Shown here piece after piece: positions 1-13,977 of a stretch of 64,000 nt of DNA. Position 1 is the first letter of the stretch, and each line of letters opens with the position of its first letter. The DNA comes from Lama glama. Lineage: Eukaryota. The translations under genes and the position numbers were made by a program. The notes under the pieces are model-generated. The model searched no databases, was not told the DNA's origin, and was given only the letters and a program-made list of their open reading frames with translations. The stretch lies in NCBI GenBank assembly GCA_028534125.1, contig CM052832.1, positions 22,198,001-22,262,000 of the forward strand, in the 5' to 3' direction.

Positions 1-618
1 CTTACTAGAGTTGCATGTGTCGAGACGTGGTTCTGTGTTGTAAAGTTTCTAGATGATACGGAGAAGTTAGAAAAGAGCAGGAAATATGGTTGTAAGAACT
101 GGACTGAAGGTTGCTAAACAAAAAGAGATGAACTTGACTAAAAGAGTTGACCAAAGATGGTGAAAGCCACAGACTGTGGCGTGGCCATCAATGGGGACCA
201 TGAAATGCTGGCTAGGTGACCATAGGAGGGCGTGCCACTGATGTGTCTTATTTCCTGAAGAAGGCCTTGAACTTGATGGCTTCAGAGACCTCCTCTGTCT
301 TGTCGTTGTGTAATTACTCCTCTTTAGCTCAAATGAATATGTTAAAGTTCTCACCAGTATTTCAGGAAGTGACTTCCGTGTCATTTAAGGTTTGCCTTTT
401 GCTTCATAATAATGGATCATATTCTATGGAAATTAAAAATAAAACTTATTTGGGAATACTTTTAAATTTACAGAAAAGTTTTAATGATAGTACAGAGAGT
501 TTTTATATATGTCTCCCCCAGTGTTCCTCAAAACTAAAACATCAACATTGATATATAAGTATTAAATAAATTCCAGACTTTTTTGAATTTCACCAACTTT
601 CCCATTCATGTCCTCTTT

Positions 619-1118
619 NNNNNNNNNNNNNNNNNNNNNNNNNNNNNNNNNNNNNNNNNNNNNNNNNNNNNNNNNNNNNNNNNNNNNNNNNNNNNNNNNN
701 NNNNNNNNNNNNNNNNNNNNNNNNNNNNNNNNNNNNNNNNNNNNNNNNNNNNNNNNNNNNNNNNNNNNNNNNNNNNNNNNNNNNNNNNNNNNNNNNNNNN
801 NNNNNNNNNNNNNNNNNNNNNNNNNNNNNNNNNNNNNNNNNNNNNNNNNNNNNNNNNNNNNNNNNNNNNNNNNNNNNNNNNNNNNNNNNNNNNNNNNNNN
901 NNNNNNNNNNNNNNNNNNNNNNNNNNNNNNNNNNNNNNNNNNNNNNNNNNNNNNNNNNNNNNNNNNNNNNNNNNNNNNNNNNNNNNNNNNNNNNNNNNNN
1001 NNNNNNNNNNNNNNNNNNNNNNNNNNNNNNNNNNNNNNNNNNNNNNNNNNNNNNNNNNNNNNNNNNNNNNNNNNNNNNNNNNNNNNNNNNNNNNNNNNNN
1101 NNNNNNNNNNNNNNNNNN
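619..1118. other. Assembly gap (exactly 500 N)
   Basis: Run of N of round length, a scaffolding placeholder; true size unknown. Confidence 0.99.
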
Positions 1119-1611
1119 AACCACTGGGAGTAACTCAAGGCTCTGTGGCTTTTCTTCTGAATTTCTGGTCAGTTTGTTTACTTTCAGAAGTAGATGCTTA
1201 CTTTCTCATGTGGTTCTCTTAAGTCCCAGAACCAGATAGAGTTTAAACTCCTTTACATTGTCCAAGGTGTACCTTTGATAGAAGATTCCTCTTTGTGCTA
1301 CTCCGTCAAAGGCTCCCCCGGGGCTCAGCTCCAAAGTGACGACACTTCAGGCTGGCCTCGCTGGCTCTCCAGGTTCAGACCCGGGGCCAGCCAGGAAGGA
1401 ACTTGCCCGGTAAGCTTGCTTCAAAGAGCAAGGTCTTGTCCCTCCACACTAGGTCACATACTGCCTCTCTTTCTGTTTCTCATCCCCTCGCCCCGGGCTG
1501 CAGGAAGGGTGATGACATTCAGGGCACATGCATTTTTAAGTGCTTGGACCTGGAGAACGAGAACAGTAGGAATAGGTATGCTAGAAGCATCAGTGAAGAT
1601 GGAACACTTGT

Positions 1612-2020
1612 TGGCACAGCCACTATGGAAAACAGTCTGGAGGTTCCCCACAAGACTAAAAATAGAATTACTCTATGATCCAGCAGTCCCACTTCTGGGT
1701 ATATTTACAGAGGAAATGAGATCACGATCTTGATGAGATATTTGCACCTCCATGTTCATGGAAGCATTATTCACAACCGTCGAAACATGGAAACAACCTA
1801 AATGTCCAATCATGGATGAATGGATAAAGAAAGTGTGGTGTATATATGTGCAACAGAATATGATCCAGCTCCCTCCCCTACCTCCATAAGGGACATCTTG
1901 CCATTTGTGACAACGTGGATGAACCTTGAGGGCCTTATGCTCAGTGAGAGGAGTCAGACAGAGACAGACAAGCACCGTATGATCCCACTTACATGTGGAA
2001 TCTAGAAAAGGTGGCTTCAT
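1612..2020 (+). mobile_element. LINE-1 fragment (ORF2 C-terminus and start of 3' UTR), decayed
   Basis: Translations [26 protein letters not shown] and PFVTTWMNLEGLMLSE match the L1 ORF2 end. Confidence 0.9.
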
Positions 2021-5000
2021 GTTCAAATACCCATAATCATGTTGAAAAGCCATAGATTCTTGTTCCCTGGGGTGATGGAGCCCCAAGGGAGGGAGGAGAT
2101 GGAATGCCTGCAGATGAAGACATAGCTGAAGCTTTCAGCAGACTCCAGCCCTCTCACCCTCTCACCCCCATTTCCTTCCTCCCAGTCATTTATTGATGTG
2201 AAACCGTACTTGAAGACAGGGAGTCAGCTGGTATTAATTCCCTGTGAGGGCACACAGCTAACCCCCCTTGGGTCTCAGTCTTTTTGTTGAATGGAGATGA
2301 TAATACTTGCATCATAGCTTTGGAAGAAAATGGAATGAAAACATACGAGAAGTGCTAAGGCTTTAGAGAATAAAAGTAATTTTGATTATCATGTGTTAGG
2401 CACTGTCCTAGGTGCTAGGCTTACAAAGATGAGTAAAACTTGTTCCTTGCTTACAGAGAACTCAAACTTAGCTAGAATGCAGGCATGCAAAAAAAAATGC
2501 AATGATATGTGACAATTAAAACATTAGTTACACATAGTAGTACACCTGTAGGCAGACACCTAGCCCTGTGTGTGTGTGTGTCCAGAGATGGAGGTGGGAG
2601 GGTGGATGGGAGGAGATGGTTTCCAAGAGGAGAGAGGAGGTGGGGAGTTGGGAGTCAGATGATAGCAGGAGTTGGGCGTGGCTGGATTGTTGTAAGCAGT
2701 TCATATGGTAGAAGATGGTTTGCGTGAGTATAGACCACTCACTCACCACAAACTTTGGAGAGGCTTATAGACACACGGGGGTTAGTTACCCATCCAGGGA
2801 TTGAAGCTTTGCCCTCAGCCTTGGCCTAATGTCTAGAGTCTGCTCTCCAGAGTAACTGCCCATCTTTTGTACCATGTCTGCTAGTGTGGGCTTCCAGTAT
2901 GGTCTAGTCTACCTGGGTTGTCACCAACTATTCTCTGCCCACCAGTTGTGAATGGCCTCACTGTAGACAGTGCCCTATCTTCCCCCCGCCCCTCCCCACC
3001 CCATCTACACGGTGACCAAGGACGCTCTGATCGACAGAGGTGGCTTTGCCAGCCCGGCCAGACTTCCCTGTTAGTACAGCATCTGGATGGTTCCCAACAT
3101 GGCTCCCTCCTGGGTAGCCCGGATGCTATATCCCTGCCTCTTCCTGCCCATCTTGCTGTGAGTTATTGTCCATGGATTCCTAAGATCCTGTTCAACTAAA
3201 GGAGAAGTGATGTCAGAGATTTTGGAGCTGCATGGCAAACCTTTGGGGCAGCACCTTGCTGGCAGCAGTCACTTGATGGAGTCACAACTGTTCAGATCCT
3301 GTTCTTAGCTTTGTTCATTAGTCTAGAGTCTTGCTTTTTGTTGGTGGACTTACACTTGATGGGGCTCAGGGATGGACACCAGCTGAACAGAATGTCATTT
3401 TATCTGTTCACTGGGACTCATACAAGTGGTAACCAGGATGGAAATACTGATGTGGGGTTGTCATTCTATTTCTATCCCATATAGGAGACTTTCTCTGCAA
3501 ATTCAAAGTATAATCCGCAGTAAGTGGAGCCAGCTGGGTGGGCATCAGGGGGGCATGGTGGCTGAGCTATGCTGGCCACGTGGAGCCAGCTGCATCATAT
3601 GGCCATGCCTGGGTCAGATGGTTGAAGCACCTCTTCACCTATAGAGTGCTCATGTGGTCAACTCTTTTTTTTCTTTTTTTCTTTGCTGTGTAATAAAATC
3701 CTTGCAGACCTCCCCTTTCTGTCAGCACATTATCTAGATCATAGTACCATGGATTAGATTACGTTTATTTTAGTTGCATTCCAGCCTTGAGGACAGGGCG
3801 GCCTGCCAGGTGCCTTGAGTGAGAGAGAAACAAAGGCAACAGAAGACCCGGAGTTCTCTTTGGCTGGCGTCACGGCCTCGCCTTTCTGGACAGGAGTGAG
3901 AGATAAGGCCAGGGGATTTTTCCAGTGTCTGGAGAGCACTGTATGTCAACTTGTTCTTTTTAGAAATGTAATACCGACCTTTTCTGTTGCGTTTTCTGAC
4001 TTTTTTCTTCATTGCTGAAAAATTCACCATCGTTTTCCAGAGTTACAGAAACAATCGGGGTTTGGGGGGGTTCCATTTGTACCCTCTCCTGTGGGTTGTG
4101 AGCCAATTGAGACGTGCACAGGGGTCAGCTAGGGGTCTGGATAACACCTTTGATAGTGAGAAAGCTGAAATGGAGATGTCAGTGTGGTCCTGGGGTTAAG
4201 TAAGAGCTCCTGCAACCCGAGTGGAGCTGATTTACCCCAGGGACGGTGGAGCAGCTGCACAGAGCTGCCTTGGGGGCTTACCCATTGGGGGAGGGGGCGG
4301 GGAGACTGGGCAGCCTTTGGGCAAGCATCTCAGGAGAGGGGGCCGGAGAGCGGATCCTCAGTGCATCGCTCCCCTCTTCTAAGTGAAGGAAGGGTCTCCC
4401 TAGTGTCAGGCAGACCGAGTGAGGAGGCGGAGAAAATGGAGCACAGTTTCTTCCCAACGTTCTAGAGGTGAGAAGCCTTTGATTATGTATGGGCCCAGGA
4501 GGAAAGGTCTGAGTAACCTTGCATGACTCAGATTCCCCTAACAACTCTGGAAGCAGGCCGATACTCCCATTTTATAACGGAGGAATTTGAGTCATTTGTC
4601 TGGGGTCACCCAGATCTGTGTAGGAGAGCAGGGACTCAAACCCAGGTCCCCCAGACTGCAAAGGCCAGGCCACGCTCTTCCACCAGGTCACGTATGAGAA
4701 AATGTGCATACTGTCATCCCTTCCTTAAACTTACTGTAGTTGTAAACTAGTCTCCCAGTGATCCAAGGCACTAGATCGTAAGTATATGTACCTGCGTCCT
4801 TTAATCATGCTCTGTTGGAAGCACAGTCCCCCTTTGGATGGTCCCCCTTCTTCATCTGGTTCCCCACGCAGATGTGAGCTCTCTCCTCTGCATGCCCGTG
4901 GGCTCCCTGTCTCCTGTGTGCGAGGACCGATGATGCGTTAGTGGTCTGTTGTACCTGCTTTACCCCTTTCCCCAGAAGGTGGGCACCACAGCACCTGCCG

Positions 5001-7881
5001 CTTTTGTACATCTCGCGCCATGGAGCACAGTGCTTGGCCTCAGACGGGCTCTCTGGGACTAGTTATTGAACTGAATAAGTGTAAGTGGCTGCTTTTCATT
5101 CACTTAAGAGTTCAGGAGAGAAGGAAACAGGAAGAAGAGGAAAAGGCAGCAGTTGAAAATAGAATAACATGGGGGCAGGACGAAGGAGGACAGAAGGGAA
5201 CTGATAATAAGAGGGTGAAGGAAAAGAAATTTTAAAAAGAAGGAGAAAGGAGAGGTTACACTTCAGGCATCTGGGGAGGGCTGGGACATGCTTCCTCCTC
5301 CACCTGAGATGGTCCTACCCCATTGAGTGGCTCTGACCACCCTTGCCTTGGGGTGGTACTTAGGGACAGGTCACCACAGCAGGGCCCAGTGTGGCCTCTT
5401 ATGTGGCCAGAGCATCATTCACCATTCATCCCTCTCTGCTGCAGCCACCAGGATGGAAAATACACTCCATGGGCAAGTCCTTTGGCAGCTGCGAAGTAGA
5501 CAAGGTTAAATGATCTGGTTTCTATTTTTAGCTTGCTGTTAGCACTGCCTAAGACTGATCAGTTCAAGGTAATCATTTGCTACTTTTTCTATTTTAATTA
5601 TATGTCTCATTAAACTCAGTTTGGGTGACATCAAACTGGTTTCTGGTCCATTTCACTTTTGTTAATTCTTAAGTTGGAAGTTCTAATTGAGCCTTTCTGT
5701 ACCTCCAGTTTGAAAATATTTTACAAGTTTACATAAGAGATGCAATTTATGAAATGAAAGTGTTTCCTCAAGTCACTTGTCCATGGATACCCTATATGTT
5801 TTTAAATTTAAAAATGAAAATTAACAAAATAATTGATATTTGTTGGGTGGTAGAGGGGAGAATTGGTATCATATTTAAAGGCCAGAAATTAGAAAGACCA
5901 GAAATTTAAATAATGTTTGGGGCAGCTCAAAGTGGAATTCTGTTGGCAGATTCACCAAGTGCAGGAACTCTTGAGTTCAGTGGGCAAAATATCAGAGCAG
6001 CTGATTCTGCGAGGGTCAGAATGTGGGGTGCAGGCCATCCAGGGCCACTGGTGGTTATTAGCACGAGAATGGGGTTAGTGAGCTGCCCATGAGGCCTGTC
6101 TGAGCATCCAGACTGGGAGGCCCTGGGGAGAAGGCAGGACTGAGCAAAGGATGGAGTGGGGTGGGTAAAGGTGGGCAGGAGAATCAGGGAACATACGGAA
6201 ATGGCCACTAGTGCGACCAACGGGGATGGAAGCGGTTGGAAAAAAGGAATAAAGGGGAAATTAAAGAAGGTTGGAGGACATTAAACTGCATCAGAGGTTT
6301 GTTGAAAAGAGCCCAAGAAGTGTCTACCTTCTGGGCAATGCAAAGATCAGCCAGGCAAGGATCCTTTCTTCCAGGAAGAGACAGCCTAGTCATGGAGTTG
6401 ACATGTGCGCAGACACTTAGGGTACTGGACAGCACGTGCTGGGTGCCGTAGGCTGGCATCAGAGTAAAGGGAAGGCAGGTCTGAACCCTTTTGGTTGCTG
6501 TTTGCTGCTTAAGGTAATGATGCAGGAGAGACTAACTTCTTGGCAATCAAAGGCCAACTCACTAGTGAAAGGGGACGAAGCACCAGCCTATTTTTAACTG
6601 TTGAAACACCAAGAATTAGTGTCTTTATTAGTGTTTTTATTAACCTATGGGCAGGTAATTCTTTTTTTTTTGGGGGGGCAGGTAATTCTGAATGGTAGGT
6701 TAGACTGTTAAAAAAATCCCATGTTTCTAATATGTATGAAATATTTTGTAAACTGTCCAGTTCTATTCATCCTTTTAGTTAATAATTACGAAGCTAGACT
6801 TCTTTACTATTTTTGAAGTGGAGCAAAACCTGATGGTAAATGCCATTATCTCTTCTGCCTCTTAGTCTGGGACAGCTTAAAGCTTTGGCTTTAAGAAAAA
6901 ATTAGCTTTTACCCACAATGCTGCACAGTATTAACCCTGAAACAAACCCGCAAACACGCATGCCCACACAGTGAAGCCCCAGATAGCTCTTTGCCGACAG
7001 CTCTGATGATGCGATCGGGTTCCTCGGTGTGTATTGCAAATACATGTATCTTTTCCAACAGGGGTTTTCTTTTCTTGGATTTCTCTTGAAGAGAAAAATA
7101 CAAATTTCTCTTAAGAACTTAAGCTTAAAATTCTCCATTTAAGGGGAAGCAGTGACCCTGCTACAGATAATTTCTCCCCTGGGCCTTTCTGGCTGTCTTA
7201 TTTTTATTAATTAAAAAACATCTTTTTGGCTGGGTTCGTAAAGGGGACCAGCTTTTAGGGGAGGGAATGGTTTGGATACGTCCCTCTGTTTGCCCTCCTT
7301 GCCTGCAGAAGTCTTCATCCCGCATTCAGAAATGCTGGATAGTGGCTTTGCAGTGAACTCTCTCTCGACTGTCCTATTAAATGATATATCCAGAGTGAAT
7401 TAACTTGTCTCCCGTGGATGTCACTGCCTCCCTCCTGACAGGCACCCATCATGTCAGACATGGAAGTAGAAATCAAGGGAATCTTAAAAATGGTAACTAA
7501 CTTTTTGCTTTGAGAATTCCTCTCCACAATTGGTTACTTGGTGTCTGTTTTTTTAGCGTGGATCCCATGAGTGGAACTGTTTTCAAGTACTCTTGATTTC
7601 CTCCAGCTACTCACAAGAAGGACCCCTTCCTTCTTGAGCCTGGAGTCACCCCTCCCCTGCCTCCCCCACCCTGTGTCACACACAGCAGGGCACGTTGTGA
7701 TGTGTGGGACCCGGGAGCGGCCCGCCCGGAGCTGACCCTCATGGCAGTGCTGCTCACCCTCCCGCAGAGTGGTGGCCGGGGCACCTGGACACCTGATATT
7801 TTTTTCCTATTTCTCCCTCACATGTCTTAGTTTTTCTCTTTTGAGCATACCAAACAACATGAACCATATTATGAGGCTCAG

Positions 7882-8008
7882 GTTGTTTAAACTCTGTCTA
7901 TCTATCTGTCTATTTATTTGTTTACTTAAATGGAGGTACTGGGGATTGAACTTAGGACCTCGTGCTTGCTAAGCACTCACTCTGGCATTGAGCTGTACAC
8001 TCCCCCCA
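7882..8008 (-). mobile_element. tRNA-Ala-derived camelid SINE (vic-1 type)
   Basis: Reverse strand resembles tRNA-Ala(AGC) ending GTTCAATCCCCAGTACCTCCA, with A-rich/TAGA tail; TSD aggctcag at 7874-7881 and 8009-8016. Confidence 0.88.
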
Positions 8009-10294
8009 AGGCTCAGTTTTTTCCTGAGAGAAGAGCAAGTACATTCTTACCACTGGGAAGAGGTGGTCCACTGACACCCAGGCACGTTGTCCATATACAT
8101 GTGTCTTCCTCGGACCACGGTGGATTTGACAGCACCACAAGCATTGAGATTCGTGCCATCACAGGTTTGTTTAGTTAGTGTGCTATCATTTTTAAGATTC
8201 CTTCAAACCCTTTGTTTTTTTGTCAAACATGCAAATCTCTGCAGAAGTCCTGACAGTTATTATTAATCCCGTTTTTCATTGGAGTGCACAGTGGCCCTGG
8301 GAGGTGGCTGGCCCCAGGCTGTTGGGGCCAACCAGGTAGCCGGAGGAGTTTGGCCCCCAGGATGGAGAGGGAGCTACTTTCCCCAGCCTGGCGCGTGCTG
8401 TGATGTGTAGGACTGGTCCCTTGGGCATCGAGAAGAGGTGGGTAGAGTAGGAGAACATCAGGTTAGACTGGCATTTGCTTTTCAACTCTAGAGAAAGATA
8501 GAAATCAAGCAGTTTTCCAGCCAGCAAAGCCTGAGTATAATTTCGCCATTACTCACATAACTGTGATCTTCTGTAAAGCCAAGAGAGAGGAGCTGGAGAG
8601 TCATTCTTTGGAGCCACCAGGTGTGGGCGCCACTGAGTGATAACCTACTTTGGCTGTCTTAGTGTTCCTCCTTTCTCTCCTAGATTTTCTTTAGCTTTCT
8701 TCTCTATGCCTTTTCCCATTCTCATTCATTCATTCTACGGAGATTAAATGCTTATTATGGGCCAGGCAATGTGATAGGGCCCCAGGATCCAGAGAGACCA
8801 TCACATTCTATTGGAAAAATAATTAGACTTCATCTAGACTTTTAATTGCTTACACTATGCTGCCAATTCTAAGATCTCTGAGTTTTAGAACAGTCTTGTA
8901 AGACGCAACAGTTGAACTATATCCTTTTTGTCTTTTCCCTCCTTATTTCCTTCCCCAACATTTTTGTCTTTCTCCTTTCTCTGTTCTTTAAACCCAGTAT
9001 TCCTAAATATTTACTGGCACTGCCTAGCTCCTCACATAATCCTCAGATTTTAAAATGTGTCTGATTTCTGGTCTGTTTCCTCCTAAGTCAAACAACATTT
9101 TAAATTTCTTTTATATCCTATTTATGAACAGCCAAATGTATTTTGACTCTATTTCAGGTATTTTCCAAAATGAGTCATTAATCATTTCTGATGAAATGGT
9201 TCCATTCAATTGTGGTATCTTTTAAAAACCTGTTTAAGTCTCTAGGATGATTTTGTGGAATTTTAAGATTTAAATCCTAGATTAACTTGCAGAAGTTTTT
9301 TTTTTCTTGTATGGGAACTGAGGTCTAGAAAATACCAGTTTCTATTACTCACAGACCACAAAATTCCGATTTTGTGTGACATGGAGGAGACTTGCCTTTT
9401 CTTCATCGAGTGTATCCAAGCCAAGCTGTATTCATACATTTCTACACTTTTTTTTTTGCCATTTTCCCATGTTTTTGTGCATCCTATCATGTTGAAATGT
9501 GTATTAAATATACAGTTGATCTATAGATCAAGGTTATATGTATATATATGTACGTGTGTATACGTACATACATATTTTACTTTTATGCATTTGCAGGAAT
9601 TTTCACTATAGTTGTAGCTTTCCTGGGGATTTACTTCTCTTAGAACAGGAGAACAGGGCATTTGCTATGTACAGATTTGGAAAGGCGAGAAAGGTGATGT
9701 CACATTCTGTTTGGTTTTAAGAGCAAGAGTTGAGAAAGCAAAGCAGTAGTTCCTCCTTTGATTTTGGAGGTATAGGATCAGAAAATGCAGGAATCAATTT
9801 TTCATAGCAGTTTATACCGCAGCATATTTATCATCTTCTCTTTTGTTTTCCTTCTGTTAAAGAACGCAAAAGGATTTCCTGCGGTCAGCAGTGCTGCTGG
9901 GGTTGGATTGATGGGGCTAACTGTAATGCTTTCTGTTGAAGATGGGAGTAAGGATGAGATATGAAAGACATCATCAGGTTTGGTTTTATTAATTACGTCT
10001 AAATAGATGTACAGGAAATAACATTGATAATTTTAAAAAGTGACACCTGTAACTCAAAGAATACTTCTGATGATGTTACCCATGGCTCCAGAACAGTCCA
10101 TCCTTGCATATCAAACTTTCAATAAACATTTTCTGAATGCCTAGTAGAGCCTGGAACTGCATTCTTTACAGAATGAAGAGTAAGCATGGTCTTCAGAGCC
10201 TTTTATTTCTTGTTCTCTGCTCTGCCTTTCCTTTATCTACCTTTTCTCATCCTCCTAAGAGTTGCTGACCAACCTCCCTTGCTCCTGAGCCTAC

Positions 10295-11270
10295 CATTCA
10301 TTCATTCACTCCAATATTGAGACCGTAACCTATAGCAGGCACTATGGATACATTGATTGAAAGAGTAGACATGACCTCCGCCTTCTCAGGTCATGAGATC
10401 ATTACAGCACAGCAAGAGAAGATGTGACCGCAGATGCTTAGGGTGCTGTGGGAACAGCAGAAGGGAAGCCTTCCTGGAGGAGGTGCCTTCTAAACTGAGA
10501 TTAGAAGGATGGAGGAGGAGTGGAGGGAGGGTTGAGCACTGTCAGAGGTGGGGAGACTAGTTAAGCGGCTGTTGACATTGTCCAGGTGAAATGGATGGTG
10601 GCCTGAATTCAGGCAGATGTAGCAAGGGGAGCAAATGGATTTAAGAGAGATGTAGAAGGTAGATTAATAGAGTGAGGAGATTGATTCTCTTTATGGGGTT
10701 TAAGGAAGAGGAGTTCTCTGGTTTCTGGCCTGAACAATTGGGTGGTTGAAGGGCCCACCCTTAGATAAAGAGGCTTAGCAAAAGGACTAGCTGAGGGGGA
10801 GGATGATGAGCTCTGTTAGGACACAGAGAAATTTATGTGTCTGTGGTTTATCCAAGTGCAGATTCCAGTAGGCGAGGGGGTGTATGCCGGGGGATTCAGG
10901 AGAGACATCTGGGCTGGAGAAGAAGATCTGGAAGTCATCTGCTGGCATTTGGAGGCACAAGATTAGGAGAGATCCCTTGGCATGTGATGTAGCATGAGAA
11001 GAAAAGCTGCCCTGGGATGGTCCCCAGAGGGGACCGTTTTAGCAGGAGCCGGCGGCAGGAGCAGCTCGCAAAGGAGAGAGGTAAAGAGCGATCAGAAAGG
11101 GCAAGACAGCCAAGACAACGTGGTGTCAGGAAGTCAAGAAGAAAGAGCAGAGCACAACGCGCAGCATCAAACATTGCCGAGAACTTGAGGCAGGCGTAGA
11201 CTGGGTGGCATCCCCGGAGCTGGTGACTTGGTCAGAGCAGTTGTTCTGGAGCGTTAAGGATATGTTGTGA
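10295..11270 (-). mobile_element. L2 fragment, decayed
   Basis: cattcattcattcac terminus followed by purine-rich L2 wording (ccttcctggaggagg, caggagagacatctgggctggaga). Confidence 0.7.
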
Positions 11271-12727
11271 TTTATGGCGTGAAGGGCAGGTTAAGAAACA
11301 GGGTATGACTTTAGGGGTTCTTAGTAATTAAATTTTTAAAATACAAATCCTTCACTCTGCCCCATCTTATGACTCTATAGGTGGGAAAATTAATAAGCAC
11401 CAAAGATAAGCTTGCTTACTACTTGAAATTTTTTTAACCTGTAGTTGGTCATTTGTTTCTTGCCTTTGAAAACCATTGTCTTGTTTGTTGTTGGGAAGGC
11501 TCAGGTTTTTTGTTTTTTGTTTTTTAATATGGATGCACAATTCCTTTGACTCTTGGTCCAAACTGGAGTTCCCCTTTTATTATAAACACATATTTTAGAG
11601 AAGGTGATTACATAATAGGAACCAAAATAGCTTAGTTCCTAGGGAGCAGGGAGAGTCACAGATACTCCCACTTTGATGGCCCATGGGTGCACGGTGGCTC
11701 CAGGTCTTGGGTCTCACCACTCTTGGAATTGTGACATTAGTGTTGTATCCCATCGGGCCCCACAAGAGCTCTATTTCACAAAGGCTAAATGGTGATATGT
11801 TTAATTTTCAACTTAAGCTGAATTAAAATTAATTCTTTGTTGAGACTTTTGAGAATTTCATAGGAGTCTGAGATAATTGGTCACACCCTAGGGTGTTGCA
11901 TAAGAAAATATAGCCCTGGTTCTGCATTTTCCATTGTCTCCAAAGATGTCTCTCACAGTAGCATCTTAAATAGTAAGTAGTATTATGAGTGATGGGAAAG
12001 TGGATCTGTCTATGGAGGGCACTTTCTGTGGAGTGGTGAAGTTTCTGCTTCAGTCCACCAGGAAAGAAATTGTTCAGCTCGGTTTTTTTGTTTAGGAGAC
12101 AACTTAGGTTGTTGGGGAAAGAGGTGACTTGGGAGTTTGTTTCCCTCTCTCTTGTTAAATAACCTTGCTTAACCTCTCCATTTTTTCCCACTGAGAAAAT
12201 ACTGATGATATTTGTACCTGTTGTCTCCCTAGTGACATGAAACAACCAAACACAGTGCCTGCGTGTGTGTGTATAGTTGCTTTTGATAAGAAAGGCAACA
12301 CGATGGTATTATAGAATAATTGATTCCTGCTCCATGCTGGTTGGGCTTATATTTCTTGATTAATTCTACTATTTCAATTGTGTAATGTCTAAGAATTTTT
12401 AAATAATGAGGAGATTTTTAAAAAATGTTAAGAGTAATTAATATGGCTTCTTTAAAGCGCAGTCATAAGCTCGTTTGAATCTCATTTGGGAAAGAAGATG
12501 GACTAACTGCATTTTTTACATTCAGGACAGGTGTCTGACTATACAGGAGCGTCTTATGCATTTGGTAGGCCATCAGTGGTTGGGGGTGTTCATCATTTCT
12601 ATGCTTTTTACTAAAGGATGTGCAGAGAAATTGATCAACTCTAGTACATTTGAGATTTTCTCCTTGCCACTGTGTTGGGTAAACAGCTTGATAGAAAACA
12701 AAGAAAGAGATAATATCTAGCAATGCA

Positions 12728-12894
12728 GTAAAAAGTTTCTTTTGTGTAGTACAGGGAACTATGTTCAATATCTTGTAATAACCTTTAATGGAAAAAAATA
12801 TGAAAACGAATATATGTATGTATATGCATGACTGGGGCATTGCGCTGTACATCAGAAATATACATTGTAACTGACTGTACTTCAGAAAAGAAAA
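12728..12894 (+). mobile_element. 5'-truncated L1 3' UTR (artiodactyl/camelid type)
   Basis: cagggaactatgttcaatatcttgtaataacc...gtaactgactgtacttc followed by an A-rich tail; degenerate TSD atctagca(a)tgca. Confidence 0.8.
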
Positions 12895-12906
12895 ATCTAG
12901 CATGCA

Positions 12907-13095
12907 CTGAGCATTTCCTGCTGGGTGGGCACAGGGCGAATCAGTTTACATGTATTAACTCACTTAGTTCTGTGAGGGTGGCTGTATTATCATTCTCATT
13001 TTACAGAAGAATTGGAGACACAGGTTAAATAACTAGCTAGGGTTGCAGAGCTGGGATCCAGTCCTCAGCCTCTGACCCCAGAGCGTGTGCCCCTA
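12907..13095 (-). mobile_element. MIR
   Basis: tgtattaactcactta...attatcattctcattttacaga core. Confidence 0.75.
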
Positions 13096-13149
13096 ACTCT
13101 GTGTTCTGCTCCGTCTCACCACCGCCTGCCCTCCCCCGCTGCGGACCTG

Positions 13150-13270
13150 CAGTGGGCTGAACCTGAAGATACGGACGGCCGACTGTACTCGGCCATTTTA
13201 TATAAGGAACTTGAGCATCCCCAGATTTTGGTATCTGCTGGGGTCCTCGAACCACAAATATTGAGACACC
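13150..13270. mobile_element. Tigger/MER2-type non-autonomous DNA transposon fragment
   Basis: gatacggacggccgactgta (TIR-like) and ccattttatataaggaacttgagcatcc...gattttggtatc. Confidence 0.7.
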
Positions 13271-13379
13271 GTGCTGTTGACTAAACCTAAGTGCATTCAT
13301 TCATCTGCATGAGTTCCTTTTTACAGTAATGAAAATGTTAGTCTAGTGGCTAATAAATGCACTGGCCAGAGGCCAATAG

Positions 13380-13700
13380 TAAATGAAAAGGTGCTCAACC
13401 AGTGGTCAGGAAACTGCAGATTGAAATTACTATGTTACCAGTTCTTTACCTGACTGGAAAAATCTCTTTAAAGATTCATAGCATCCTCTTCTGGCAAGAG
13501 TGAGGGGGTAAAACACACATCCTCATGTGTAACTGGTGGGGCAGGTGGGAGTAAAAATTTATTTCAATTTTTAGAGAAAGTAATCTCATATTTATTAAAA
13601 ATTTAAGTAAATATTCCATTTGATTGAACTGCTAGGAATTTATCTTATAAATATAAAATCACCAGTACATAAGGATATATGTACAAGGATTTTTTTATGG
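13380..13700 (+). mobile_element. Ancient L1M (L1ME-like) fragment
   Basis: Degenerate L1 ORF2-end wording (atgaaaaggtgctcaacc; ctaggaatttatc). Confidence 0.55.
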
Positions 13701-13710
13701 TGGTATTTGT

Positions 13711-13942
13711 TTTTGTTTTGTTTTTTATTGAAGTATAGTTGATTTATAATGTATTAGTTTCAGATGTACAGCAAAGTGATTCAGTTATGGATATACATAT
13801 ATATATATTCCTTTTCAGATTCTTTTCCATCATAGGTTATTACAAGATTGAATATATTTCCCTGTGTTATACAGTAGGTCCTTATTATCTATCTGTTTTA
13901 TGTATAATAGTGTGTATCTGTTAATCCCAAACTCCTAATTTA
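13711..13942 (-). mobile_element. 5'-truncated L1 3' UTR (artiodactyl type)
   Basis: T-rich tail then attgaagtatagttgattt...ttaatcccaaactcctaattt; flanked by near-repeat tatgg..tatttgt. Confidence 0.85.
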
Positions 13943-13977
13943 TGGGTGTTATTTGTAATGGCCCCATACTGTAAATA

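Noticed and set aside
583..1239. Long ORFs spanning the first gap (also 55966-56802)
   Set aside because: Artefacts of translating N runs
10994..11199. Arg-rich, protamine-like short ORFs
   Set aside because: They lie within a purine-rich antisense L2 remnant; the composition explains the translation
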